Shown piece after piece: positions 17,888 through 27,468 of a stretch of DNA of 61,322 nt. This DNA is from Myxococcota bacterium (GTDB lineage: Bacteria > Myxococcota_A > Bradymonadia > UBA7976 > UBA1532). A program made the position numbers and the translations under genes. The notes below the pieces were generated by a model that saw nothing but the letters and a program-made list of their open reading frames with translations, made no database searches and was not told the origin of the DNA. The first letter of the stretch is position 1. Each line of letters begins with the position of its first letter. The stretch is from the NCBI GenBank assembly GCA_036337435.1, contig JAYZEG010000086.1:1-61322 (forward strand), written 5' to 3'.

Positions 17888-20800
17888 ATGCGTACGGTTT
17901 GGACAGGCCTCACTGTCATCGGCCTCAGTATTGGCCTTTTTTCGGGTTGCGAGCCCACCCTCGATCGAAACCATCCATTAGCCATCGCTCGAGATGCTAT
18001 CGATGACGTCAACTATTGGAATAGCGTCATAAACGACGACTCTCATCGCGCCGCTGTGAAAATCATGGCGTCGATTCCGGAGCTCATCGACGGACTGCCG
18101 AGTAAGGTGTCTCGAGCAAAGGAGCAAGAGGCGTCAGAAATAAAAAAGCGTGATGGGTCTGACAATCCAGTCTCCGCCGACCGCCAGGCACTTTGGGCAT
18201 CCCGGTGGACGGAATATCAGACTACTTTTGAGTCTCTCAAAGGCGCATCGAAGCAAAAGGCACTCAGTGCGCTGGTGAATGCGTACCCAAAGAGTGACTC
18301 TCGAGATATCATTGTAGACGGGCTGATTCGATTCGGGCAAGACCGCGGGGAGGCCGGCAACAACGTGTTGATTGAGGCCATTTCCGATAAATCAGAGTCA
18401 GAATCAGCTCAACCAGCTGCCGCAGCTCTGCTGAATGATGAGGCGAAGCTTGTCACGAAAGCGATGAGTTCAAAGCTCATCGGCATCATTGGAGACGCCG
18501 CCGCACCAACGGAAAATCGCTATGCAGCTCTGCGGATTATGGCGAAGGTTCCAGTGAAAGCCGCCATCCCCGCACTCATAAAGGTCGTGGAGGGTAACCC
18601 TGACATTCAGCCAATCGCGCTCACGGAACTGGCCGCTGAGGCACTTGGTAAGCTCGAGGCATCCGAGGCGGTCGATGGTTTAATTCGCTGTCTCTGGCTC
18701 AACGATCACTTGGGACGAAATGCCGTCAAGGCGTGTCGTATCGCCCTCAACAAAATTGGAAAGGCGGCCAGCCTGGACAAGATTATCTCAACGCTACAGC
18801 GCAACAACAAAGCGGTGGAGGATCGGGCCAAAGCGCATCGCTACGATTTTGGTGGAACGATTGAATTCAAGGCGGCCGAAATGCTCGGTGATATGCCTGA
18901 CAAGAAATCGGTTGCACCACTCATAAAGGCCTTCACCAACTGGGAGAAAATGCCCAAAGCCGTCGCCGGCCACCCGACTCGGGAGCCGCACTTCCAGAAG
19001 ACCAGAGTCCAAAAGGTAATCTCACTGGCTACAGCACTCGCCATCATCGGTGATGAGGCCGCCATCCCTGCTTTTATCGAAATGGCAAAATCCGAACGCG
19101 GAATCGAAGTCATGAATGCGTCTATTCACCAACTCGCTTTCTTAGGCAGTCCAAAAGGTGTCACCGAGTTGATGAAGATCCTGGAGGAAGAGACCGAAAA
19201 GAATGAGGTTGCTAAGCATGGGTTTCATTACCAGGTCGCATTAGCAGCAGCACGCATCTTCGATCCCCGAGACAGCAAGACAACAAAAGCACTCAAGAAA
19301 CGAATCGATGACACCGTCGGGCAATTGACCAAATGGGGAGACGAATTCAAGGAGGCCTTCAAAAAAGAAACAGATCCAACCAAGCGTGCTGGGATTGCTC
19401 AGAACTTGGTTCATTTCAAGGGCATAGTGAAGCTCTATGATGAAGTGAAGGGGTCTATCAAGAAAGCCGAGAAGTGCAAATATAAGGCCTCTTGCTGGGC
19501 AAAGGAACTGCCGACACGGCCAACAGCTGAAAGCTACCGAAAAGGCTACCGGGTAGCACGCTCAGTCATTGACACGACGAAAGCGTGCGGCGGGAAGAAG
19601 AGCTGCTGGAAAGAGCACTTACCCACCCGCGGGTCAGCAGACAGTTACGTGAAAGTTTATCAGGATCTGCTCAAGAAAGTGAATGGCATGGAACGCGCTG
19701 TGCCGGGTGAATTAAGCAAAGAATACGGCGATAGAAAATTTATCAGTTCCACCGCAGAGCTCTGTAAAGATGATGTGAAGTGTTACAAGGAAATGCTCCC
19801 ATCGAGTGCCCAAGTTGCGGAATACAGCCAACAGTCGGAGGCGATTCAGAAACAAGTAGGGAGCGATGCGATCACAGCGTCCTTGAAGCAAGACCGGTAC
19901 GAGAATGCGGACCTCATCGTCAGTGAAGTCGAGAGTTGTAAATCAAATTTTTCGAGCTGCATTGCCAAAGCCGAAAAATGCACGGGCGAAGAGGATGCAT
20001 GTCGTAAACAGCGTGCTGAATGCGGCTCAGTGGCCGCCTGTTTCGCGAAAGAACTTGGCTCTGCAAAAAACGTTAAACCTATGAAGGAAGCATTTGCAGC
20101 CTTAAAGATCAAAGCACCCGATCAGTTGATTGGGCAGGAGCTTTCACGTAGCCAAAAGCGGGCGAAGCAAATCGTGGAAACGGCCAACGCGTGTAAAGAA
20201 GACGCCAAGTGCTGGGCCGACAAGATGTCAACCAAGGAAGACGTCGAGCCCCTGTCAAAGTTGTATGCACTGGCGCAAAAAAAGATGTCAGAACGGAAAG
20301 ACAAAGAGGGCAAGCCCTTGTCGGCGACCAAGATGCAAAAAGCCGTGGAACGCCATGTCAAGCGCAACCATGAGGAAGGCAAGCTGATCATTGAGGCCGG
20401 CAAGAAGTGTAAGTCTGATGTGGCATGCTGGCAGGGTGTTCTAGCAGGCGAGAAGCGCATAAAGGCCTTTCGAGATGCCTATGCTGAGTCAAAAGATAAG
20501 GCGATCCACCGAGTGACGGTTGCAACACTCGCCCAAAAATTCCGCGATGCTGAATTGGTCGCCAAAACAGGGAAGCTTTGTAAAGAAGACAAAGCACCGG
20601 ATGAATGCTGGAGCAAGCAACTCGGGAGCACAAGCCGTGCAAACAAGCTCATCAAGGCATACGAGACAGCCACTGTGAAGTCAGAAGACCGAGCGGTTAT
20701 TCAGTACCTTCGAAAAGACTACACAACCAATGCATTCTACATGGTGAAAACGGGCAAGGACTGCCGCGACGATGTCGAATGCTGGAACAGCAAGGTTGCC

Positions 20801-21085
20801 CTGAGACAACAAGGATGGAGAATGCTCGCTGCCTATAGACTCGGCCAGAACAAGAATAAGGGTAAGGCACTCCGTGAGCTCGCTGACTATCTTGGAGACG
20901 CCGACCTTGTCTTTAGAAATGTCGCCATGTTTTCACTTCGTAGATTAGCTGAGAAGGGCGATAGCAAGGCCGTCAAGGCACTCAAAGCAGCCCTCAAGCT
21001 CGACGAGGACCGGATCAAGAATAAAAAGAACAAGTACAAGGGCTCTATCGGAGCCATCAAGCTTGCCCTAGCCCAATACGAATAA
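17888..21085 (+). CDS. Large HEAT-repeat lipoprotein with Cys-pair repeats
   Basis: Lipobox LFSGC after ATG 17888, HEAT/PBS-like units (AAEALGKL, AAEMLGDM), and 10 C-x5..8-C motifs in the C-terminal half. Confidence 0.8.
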   Translation: MRTVWTGLTVIGLSIGLFSGCEPTLDRNHPLAIARDAIDDVNYWNSVINDDSHRAAVKIMASIPELIDGLPSKVSRAKEQEASEIKKRDGSDNPVSADRQALWASRWTEYQTTFESLKGASKQKALSALVNAYPKSDSRDIIVDGLIRFGQDRGEAGNNVLIEAISDKSESESAQPAAAALLNDEAKLVTKAMSSKLIGIIGDAAAPTENRYAALRIMAKVPVKAAIPALIKVVEGNPDIQPIALTELAAEALGKLEASEAVDGLIRCLWLNDHLGRNAVKACRIALNKIGKAASLDKIISTLQRNNKAVEDRAKAHRYDFGGTIEFKAAEMLGDMPDKKSVAPLIKAFTNWEKMPKAVAGHPTREPHFQKTRVQKVISLATALAIIGDEAAIPAFIEMAKSERGIEVMNASIHQLAFLGSPKGVTELMKILEEETEKNEVAKHGFHYQVALAAARIFDPRDSKTTKALKKRIDDTVGQLTKWGDEFKEAFKKETDPTKRAGIAQNLVHFKGIVKLYDEVKGSIKKAEKCKYKASCWAKELPTRPTAESYRKGYRVARSVIDTTKACGGKKSCWKEHLPTRGSADSYVKVYQDLLKKVNGMERAVPGELSKEYGDRKFISSTAELCKDDVKCYKEMLPSSAQVAEYSQQSEAIQKQVGSDAITASLKQDRYENADLIVSEVESCKSNFSSCIAKAEKCTGEEDACRKQRAECGSVAACFAKELGSAKNVKPMKEAFAALKIKAPDQLIGQELSRSQKRAKQIVETANACKEDAKCWADKMSTKEDVEPLSKLYALAQKKMSERKDKEGKPLSATKMQKAVERHVKRNHEEGKLIIEAGKKCKSDVACWQGVLAGEKRIKAFRDAYAESKDKAIHRVTVATLAQKFRDAELVAKTGKLCKEDKAPDECWSKQLGSTSRANKLIKAYETATVKSEDRAVIQYLRKDYTTNAFYMVKTGKDCRDDVECWNSKVALRQQGWRMLAAYRLGQNKNKGKALRELADYLGDADLVFRNVAMFSLRRLAEKGDSKAVKALKAALKLDEDRIKNKKNKYKGSIGAIKLALAQYE

Positions 21086-21097
21086 GACAAGAACAGG

Positions 21098-21140
21098 GCC
21101 TGGCTGGTCCGCAATAGCGATTCTGGCCAGGCTTAATTTT
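21098..21140 (+). terminator. Possible intrinsic terminator
   Basis: GCCTGGCTGG...CTGGCCAGGC stem followed by TTAATTTT, just after the stop at 21085. Confidence 0.4.
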
Positions 21141-21153
21141 CCCCTCGAGCCAC

Positions 21154-23058
21154 ATGCCTAACGACCTCACATCGATTCGTTTAGAATTTGTAAACGGACC
21201 TAGAGCGGGCGATGTGGTCGACGCACCATTACCCGCCACCATATCGACTGACCCGACCGACCAGCTCACGATTCCACTGGATGATTACCGAGGGCCGCTC
21301 GGTGTTTTTGAGGCCGCTGACGAAACGATCGTGTTCCGTGATACAAATCGACTCTATGGAGCAGTCCATGTAAGGGGTCCTAACCAAACGATTCTTGGCG
21401 GCAAAATGCCCACCGCCGAGATCTGGAATGAAGATATTATCCAGTTTGGAAGCCCCAGCAATCCTGTTCAAATCAAAGTTCTGGTCGAGGAGACGATGGC
21501 GTCCTCCGTTCTTACGAGCCGGCGAATTGACGACCTAGATACGTTTTCTGCGTCGGTGTACGATGCGCCACAACAACTTGCCGTCTTCTTTGAACATACG
21601 CGTACCCAAACGCAGTCCCGGTCCATTGATCAGGTGTTGGCCTCGGGTGCTGAGCTCGTCTTTAAGCTGATTCCAAAAGCAACCCATATTGTCTTCACGC
21701 AGCACGCAGGCGCAGGGCGATTTCCCGTCACCAGCAGTCACTCTCGTGCTCAGACACCATTTGCTGGTGAGATCAGTCGCAGCATTATGAATCGCGTCAT
21801 ACGTGACCGAAAAAGCATTCTTTTAATGGATGCGGCAGCGGAGTTTCCTCAAGCCAGATCAGTCATTCAAGCTGGCTTAGCCAGCACGATTTGCGTACCA
21901 CTCTGGTCTGGTGATGCCATTCATGGTGTTCTTCAAGTCGATAACCGTGAATCGCCGGGCATGTTCACCGGTCAAGATCTGGACGTTATTACCGTTGCAA
22001 GTCATCAGATCTCTCTGGCCGCTGAGAATGTGCGTTTGGTCTCAAAGTTAGAAGAGTCCAGGGCTCAACTCAGTGAGCAAAATACCTACTTGAGGACGCA
22101 GCTCCCCTCAAATGCAACGATGGGTATGGTCGGGCACAGTCAGGCATTGAACACGCTGCGCGACTCCATCGAACGTGTACGAGATACACGGGTTCCGGTC
22201 CTGATTAATGGCGAAACGGGTACGGGCAAGGAACTGGTTGCAAGGGCACTCCACGAGACCAGTAATCGAGCTGATAAACTATTTGTCGCGCAAAATTGCA
22301 GTGCGATTTCAGACAGCCTGCTCGAGAGTGAGCTTTTTGGTCATGTCAAAGGGGCTTTCACAGGCGCACATGAAACCAAGACTGGCCTCTTCGAACTGGC
22401 TGATGGCGGCACCATTTTCTTAGATGAACTCGGCGAGATGCCGATGAAATTGCAAGCAAAATTGCTCCGCGTACTTCAAGAAGGAGAAATCTGGCCCGTC
22501 GGCGGTACAGCGCCTAAATTTGTCGATGTCCGTATTGTGAGTGCCACCCATCGAAACCTACAAGAGATGGTTGACACCGGTAAATTTCGACAAGACCTCT
22601 TTTTCCGACTGAATGTTTTTCCAATTGACCTGCCTGCACTCCGTGAGAGGCGAGGCGATATTCCGCTGCTCGCAGAACATTTCCTAGACAAGTATGCGAA
22701 AGAATTTGGTTCTCCGGCGGCTGGTTTTTCGACTGCGGCGACCGACATTCTCGTTTCGTATGAGTGGCCCGGCAATATTCGCGAACTTCAGAATGAAATA
22801 CAGCGGTTGTTGATTAGGGGGGCCCCTGCTCTCGTTTTGCCAGAGCACTTGTCCGTTGGATTAAACGGGCGTGGCTCTTCAAATGCCCAATCCCTTGAGG
22901 ATGGAAAATCCTTGAAAGAGATGGTCGACATATTCGAGAAATCTGTCCTCGAAGACGCACTTAAACGCCACAATCATAATAAGACAAAAACAGCCGAACG
23001 GTTGGGGATCACCCGAGAGGGCCTTCACAAAAAGCTTGTTCGACACGGTGTCAGTTGA
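21154..23058 (+). CDS. Sigma-54 enhancer-binding protein (FHA-like, GAF, AAA+, Fis HTH)
   Basis: GETGTGKE, ESELFGHVKGAFTGA, FLDELGEM, WPGNIREL and a C-terminal HTH; GAF segment ICVPLW...GVLQVDNR. Confidence 0.95.
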   Translation: MPNDLTSIRLEFVNGPRAGDVVDAPLPATISTDPTDQLTIPLDDYRGPLGVFEAADETIVFRDTNRLYGAVHVRGPNQTILGGKMPTAEIWNEDIIQFGSPSNPVQIKVLVEETMASSVLTSRRIDDLDTFSASVYDAPQQLAVFFEHTRTQTQSRSIDQVLASGAELVFKLIPKATHIVFTQHAGAGRFPVTSSHSRAQTPFAGEISRSIMNRVIRDRKSILLMDAAAEFPQARSVIQAGLASTICVPLWSGDAIHGVLQVDNRESPGMFTGQDLDVITVASHQISLAAENVRLVSKLEESRAQLSEQNTYLRTQLPSNATMGMVGHSQALNTLRDSIERVRDTRVPVLINGETGTGKELVARALHETSNRADKLFVAQNCSAISDSLLESELFGHVKGAFTGAHETKTGLFELADGGTIFLDELGEMPMKLQAKLLRVLQEGEIWPVGGTAPKFVDVRIVSATHRNLQEMVDTGKFRQDLFFRLNVFPIDLPALRERRGDIPLLAEHFLDKYAKEFGSPAAGFSTAATDILVSYEWPGNIRELQNEIQRLLIRGAPALVLPEHLSVGLNGRGSSNAQSLEDGKSLKEMVDIFEKSVLEDALKRHNHNKTKTAERLGITREGLHKKLVRHGVS

Positions 23059-24362
23059 TGAATCCGACTACCCTCATCGACATCGTGATTCGAAGCCAAG
23101 ATGTCGATGTTCGCTTGAACGCGATCGAGCAACTTGGCCACCTGAAACAGTCAAAGGCAGTGGGCCCACTCGTTCAGCACCTAAAAGACGCATCTGAACG
23201 AGAGCAGGTCTATCTCTGTGAGGCATTGGGTCGAATTGCCGATTCGCGAGCAGTCGCTCCGCTGGTATCCATGTTGAAGGTCGAGTCGGAGGAGGTTCGA
23301 GGAGAAGCATTTTCTGCCCTACTCCAAATCGGATATCACCGTGCGCAATTCATGCCGCCAGATGCCCAAGGTGACAGCTCATCAGACCCACGAATGGCCC
23401 TGACCCAGATTGCATGGCCCGCAGACATGGACGCAATACAGATCCTGCTCACATCAATCTCCGATCCAGATCCAGAGATTAGAATTGGCTGTGCGTACAC
23501 ACTGGGTCGTCTCGGCATCGGAGCGGCTCTTGAGAAATTAGTTTTTCTTCTCGAGAATGACGCAGATTCCGATGTGCGGGCCGCGGCCGCATTCGCCATG
23601 GGCGACCTTGGGGAATCAGGCGATTCGCGAGTAAAATCATACCTGGTAAAGGCGTGGGGGCAAAACCAAGACCATCTCGAATGCTGCGTTGCCATTATCC
23701 GCGCGCTGTCCACCGTACAAGGACATGAACTTACGGATTTGTTCTCTGAGGCTGCCGGGCACGCGGATGAACGTATCCGACAATTGGCCGCGATGGCTCT
23801 CGGACAAACACCTACAGACGCAGCAACCCGATTGTTTCGGATGCTCAATGACCCATCCCACAATGTAAAGCGCATTGCTATTGGTGTTCTAGGACGATCT
23901 AAACATCCGAATACGATACAGGCTCTTGTCAACAGCACAGTCGGTATGCCAGCTGAGATCAGATTTGCGGTCGCATCGGCCCTGATGCTCCAACCGACTG
24001 CACTGGTTCATGATGTGCTGAGGCGGAACCTGAGCACATCAGATGTTGACAAGCGCGCCGCTGCGACATTTCTCATCGGACGATTGGGGCCTCATGACCT
24101 TCTGTCAAAAGCACTTGAGGACGCGGACCCCCAAGTGAGGAAAGCGGCCGCACTTGCACTCGGGACGTCCGCTGACCCACAATTTTCAAAGATCTTAAAA
24201 GAAGCATTGACTGACGACGTCTGGTTCGTCAGAGTCGCGGCCGCAGAGGGTCTGCGGCGGCTGGGTTCAGCGGACGCTCTGTCTGAACTTCGCACGGCTT
24301 TAAGCGACGAACATCCAGTCGTTCGAAATGCCGCAAAAACAGCGATAGAAGGGCTGTCATAA
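23058..24362 (+). CDS. Cytoplasmic HEAT/PBS-lyase repeat protein
   Basis: TGATG overlap with the activator gene; many DxDxxVRxAAAxALG repeats. Confidence 0.9.
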   Translation: MNPTTLIDIVIRSQDVDVRLNAIEQLGHLKQSKAVGPLVQHLKDASEREQVYLCEALGRIADSRAVAPLVSMLKVESEEVRGEAFSALLQIGYHRAQFMPPDAQGDSSSDPRMALTQIAWPADMDAIQILLTSISDPDPEIRIGCAYTLGRLGIGAALEKLVFLLENDADSDVRAAAAFAMGDLGESGDSRVKSYLVKAWGQNQDHLECCVAIIRALSTVQGHELTDLFSEAAGHADERIRQLAAMALGQTPTDAATRLFRMLNDPSHNVKRIAIGVLGRSKHPNTIQALVNSTVGMPAEIRFAVASALMLQPTALVHDVLRRNLSTSDVDKRAAATFLIGRLGPHDLLSKALEDADPQVRKAAALALGTSADPQFSKILKEALTDDVWFVRVAAAEGLRRLGSADALSELRTALSDEHPVVRNAAKTAIEGLS

Positions 24363-24393
24363 AAGACAGACTTCTTTTAGGATAGAGCGTGGC

Positions 24394-25086
24394 TTGCATT
24401 TGGAGAGACACTTGAGTCGACCACTTTACGTTGCGATCGAAGGCCCTATAGGGGTTGGTAAGACCACCCTCGTCCGTCGTCTTCGGGACCGAATGCAGTC
24501 ACGACTGGTTCTCGAGGTGGTCGAGGAGAATCCATTCCTGCATCTTTTCTATCAAGATCGCGAACGCTATGCGTTTCAGACTCAGCTCTTTTTTTTGATG
24601 AGCCGTTTTCGGCAACAGCAAGAACTTCTTCAAACAGATTTGTTCGAACCAGGCATTCTGTCCGACTACCACTTACTGAAGGATAGAATTTTCGCCCGGC
24701 TAACCTTGAGAGATGAAGAGCTCGCCCTGTATGAGCGCGTCTACCAATCTCTAGAAAACCACATTTTGCAACCGGATGTCTTGGTTTACTTGAACGCGCG
24801 AACCGACGTTTTACTGGAACGGATTGCGATGCGCGCAAGGCCTTTCGAAGAAGATTTTGACCGAGATTATCTCGTTGGGTTGAGCGAAGCCTACAGCCAT
24901 TACTTTGCGCATTATGAGCTTTCGGTTCCGCTACTGGCGATCGATACATCCGAGATCAATTACGTGGATTCCGATGAAGCGTTCGAGTCAATTTATCAGC
25001 AAATCATTGCGCTGGCTGACGACGCCCGACAATCGCACTTCTCAGGTGATACTCCGAGCCTCGAAGGCTTGGGGGCGACTCGTTGA
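24394..25086 (+). CDS. Deoxynucleoside kinase (dNK family)
   Basis: IEGPIGVGKTT, ENPFL..FY, FQTQLFFLMSRFRQ, PDVLVYL and RARPFE. Confidence 0.93.
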   Translation: MHLERHLSRPLYVAIEGPIGVGKTTLVRRLRDRMQSRLVLEVVEENPFLHLFYQDRERYAFQTQLFFLMSRFRQQQELLQTDLFEPGILSDYHLLKDRIFARLTLRDEELALYERVYQSLENHILQPDVLVYLNARTDVLLERIAMRARPFEEDFDRDYLVGLSEAYSHYFAHYELSVPLLAIDTSEINYVDSDEAFESIYQQIIALADDARQSHFSGDTPSLEGLGATR

Positions 25087-25094
25087 TGTCTGGT

Positions 25095-27221
25095 CTATTG
25101 AGCAGACGTCTCAAGACCATCCTGAATTGGCCCAAGACTTCGGGCTGTCACCCGTCGCTTGCTGACACTGACATCCGTCACTTGAGCTAAAATTCGATCG
25201 CCTAAGCAATAGCGATTGCCTGTGTGGCGGCCGACCAACATCGTCAGATTTTCATCTACATCAAACCAATCGTCTCGAAGCTCAGCAATGGGGATAAACG
25301 CGTCACAATGAGTCGTCGTAAAGTGAATAAACAAGCCATTTTTACCGATACCTGAAATGACGGCGGGCAGCTCTTCATTGAGGAACTGTTCCATGTACAA
25401 CGCTTTATAGAGGCCGATAACATCACGTTCGGCGTCGAGAACAATGCGCTCACGTCTGCTGCAATGGGCTGCGATGGAGTCGAGGTCTGCACCTTGGTCT
25501 TCGTCCGAAAGTAAAACCTGCTTGATAAGCCGATGAACGGTTAAATCAGAGTAGCGACGAATCGGACTCGTAAAATGCGAGTAAGCCTCAAAGCCGAGAC
25601 CAAAGTGTCCATCTACCTGAGGGGAATATTCAGCTCTTGCCATCGCCCTTAAAAGAAGCATATTCGCCAACCAAAAATGACGGTGTTCCTTTAATCGTCC
25701 CAGACCCTCACTCAAGGCTCCAGCCGATTCGGTCCTGGGCAAATTGACGTTCAACGCTCGCATTTGGAGAAAAAAACGGTCCAGACCCGACGCTGGCGGT
25801 GGCCCGTGAATCCTGAAAACACTGTCCAAGCCCCGTTCGACAAAGAATTCGGCGACGCATACATTGGCCGCCAGCATCGCCTCTTCCACCATCAAATGCG
25901 CTTCATGTCGCTCATAGAAGTGGAGTCCTGAGATTTCACCATCCGGTGCTAATGTTACCTGTGCTTCAGGAACATCCAGTGCAAGATACCCTTTTTTCCG
26001 TCGACGGCGTCTCAGGCTTCTAGTTACATCAAGCACAGAGCGCATCGTCTCAAGATAGGGCTCGGCGTCTTCGGCCTCCGGGGGCTCCATCGAGGTTTCA
26101 ACCAAACCGAGAAGATCAGCGCAGCGGTCGTAACTCAACCGTAAACGACTCCGAATCATCGCTGGTACAATCTCATATGAGCTAAATTCGCCGTCCGGGC
26201 TTATGACCATATCGACGACCATGGCATAGCGGTCAACATTGGGCCTCAAACTACAGAGGTCAGCGGATAACCGTTCCGGCAGCATTGGCAAGACTCGGTC
26301 AGGGAGATACACACTAAAACTTCGTTCAAATGCCGCTGCGTCAATCTCGGATTCGGGCCGCACGTAGTGGGACACGTCGGCCACCGCAACGCTCAGCTTC
26401 CAACCACCACCAACCAGCCTTTCAGCGCATACAGCATCATCGAAATCTCTCGCACTTTGCGGGTCAACGGTAAAAAAGGGCCGCTTTCTTAAGTCTTTGC
26501 GTCCCGAGTCCGACTCGACGTCTGGCGGTGTTGGCTCGGGCAAGGTGTCGGCCTCCGCGAGTGTGGCGTGACTGAACTCCATCGGTAGCCCGAGATCGTA
26601 AACGACGATTTCTGTCTCCTCTGCCGCTCGTCCATCCTGGGCAAACACACGCAAGACCTCGGCCTCGGCGACAGGGGCTCCTGACCCAGGCCAACTCACA
26701 AAACGTGCTGCGACTAATTGACCATGAACCGCGACTCCGTTGAGTCTAATCCGGTCCGGTAGTCGTTCATCTCTTGGCGTGATCCATTGGGCTTTTCTTG
26801 CCTGATGTACAAAGCCGACAAATGTGTGCGTCCCTCGTTCTAGAACACGAATGACCTCGCCTTCGACCTTGCCCGCTCTTGATTCAAAAATGTTAATTTC
26901 AACTCGATCGCGATGCATGGCCCCGCGCAGAGCCCGCCCTGAGATATAAACATCGCCCTGCTCTGCAGAATTTTCGAGTGCAACAAAGCCGTAGCCCTGT
27001 CTGGTTAAAGTCAGGGTGCCCACCTTTGTGTTAGATGCACTGACCCGGACGTACCGACGATTGCCCGCGCGCCGAAGCACGCCCTGGGCAACCATGCTTT
27101 CCATCTCATCTCGAAGCGCAGCCCTCGACCCACGAGGCAGGTTGAGACGGCGAAGCACGTCACGAACCCGAATCGACTGAGGCGCATCGGGTATGGCAGT
27201 AAGAATATCGTCTTGGTTCAG
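25095..27221 (-). CDS. rnr: Ribonuclease R (RNB domain, cold-shock domains, S1)
   Basis: TVDPQSARDFDDAV, SVYLPDRVLPMLP, HFTSPIRRYSDL. The frame stays open to a CTG at 27221 with AAGGA upstream; the tracked start is GTG 27158. Confidence 0.92.
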   Translation of the reverse strand: MNQDDILTAIPDAPQSIRVRDVLRRLNLPRGSRAALRDEMESMVAQGVLRRAGNRRYVRVSASNTKVGTLTLTRQGYGFVALENSAEQGDVYISGRALRGAMHRDRVEINIFESRAGKVEGEVIRVLERGTHTFVGFVHQARKAQWITPRDERLPDRIRLNGVAVHGQLVAARFVSWPGSGAPVAEAEVLRVFAQDGRAAEETEIVVYDLGLPMEFSHATLAEADTLPEPTPPDVESDSGRKDLRKRPFFTVDPQSARDFDDAVCAERLVGGGWKLSVAVADVSHYVRPESEIDAAAFERSFSVYLPDRVLPMLPERLSADLCSLRPNVDRYAMVVDMVISPDGEFSSYEIVPAMIRSRLRLSYDRCADLLGLVETSMEPPEAEDAEPYLETMRSVLDVTRSLRRRRRKKGYLALDVPEAQVTLAPDGEISGLHFYERHEAHLMVEEAMLAANVCVAEFFVERGLDSVFRIHGPPPASGLDRFFLQMRALNVNLPRTESAGALSEGLGRLKEHRHFWLANMLLLRAMARAEYSPQVDGHFGLGFEAYSHFTSPIRRYSDLTVHRLIKQVLLSDEDQGADLDSIAAHCSRRERIVLDAERDVIGLYKALYMEQFLNEELPAVISGIGKNGLFIHFTTTHCDAFIPIAELRDDWFDVDENLTMLVGRHTGNRYCLGDRILAQVTDVSVSKRRVTARSLGPIQDGLETSAQ

Positions 27222-27468
27222 TGGAAATGATCCTTGTCAGCGAGCAAACTGGCACATCGCCCGGTCAGCATAAATTGATTCGACTGTCAGTTACAACGGA
27301 GAGATCGGGAAAATAATGAGCACACCCAAGATAAATTAGACTATTGAGACAGTGACGAATCTAGGTTTAGTCCTTGAACGGAGTTGGAATCGGATAAAAA
27401 TTCGGACAAGGCATGGACTCTGAGCCACATCACGATACACTGCCATTACTCAACCACTCAAATTTCCC

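Noticed and set aside
19460..20800. Multihaem cytochrome interpretation of the Cys pairs
   Set aside because: Spacing is C-x5..8-C with no following His, so these are not CxxCH.
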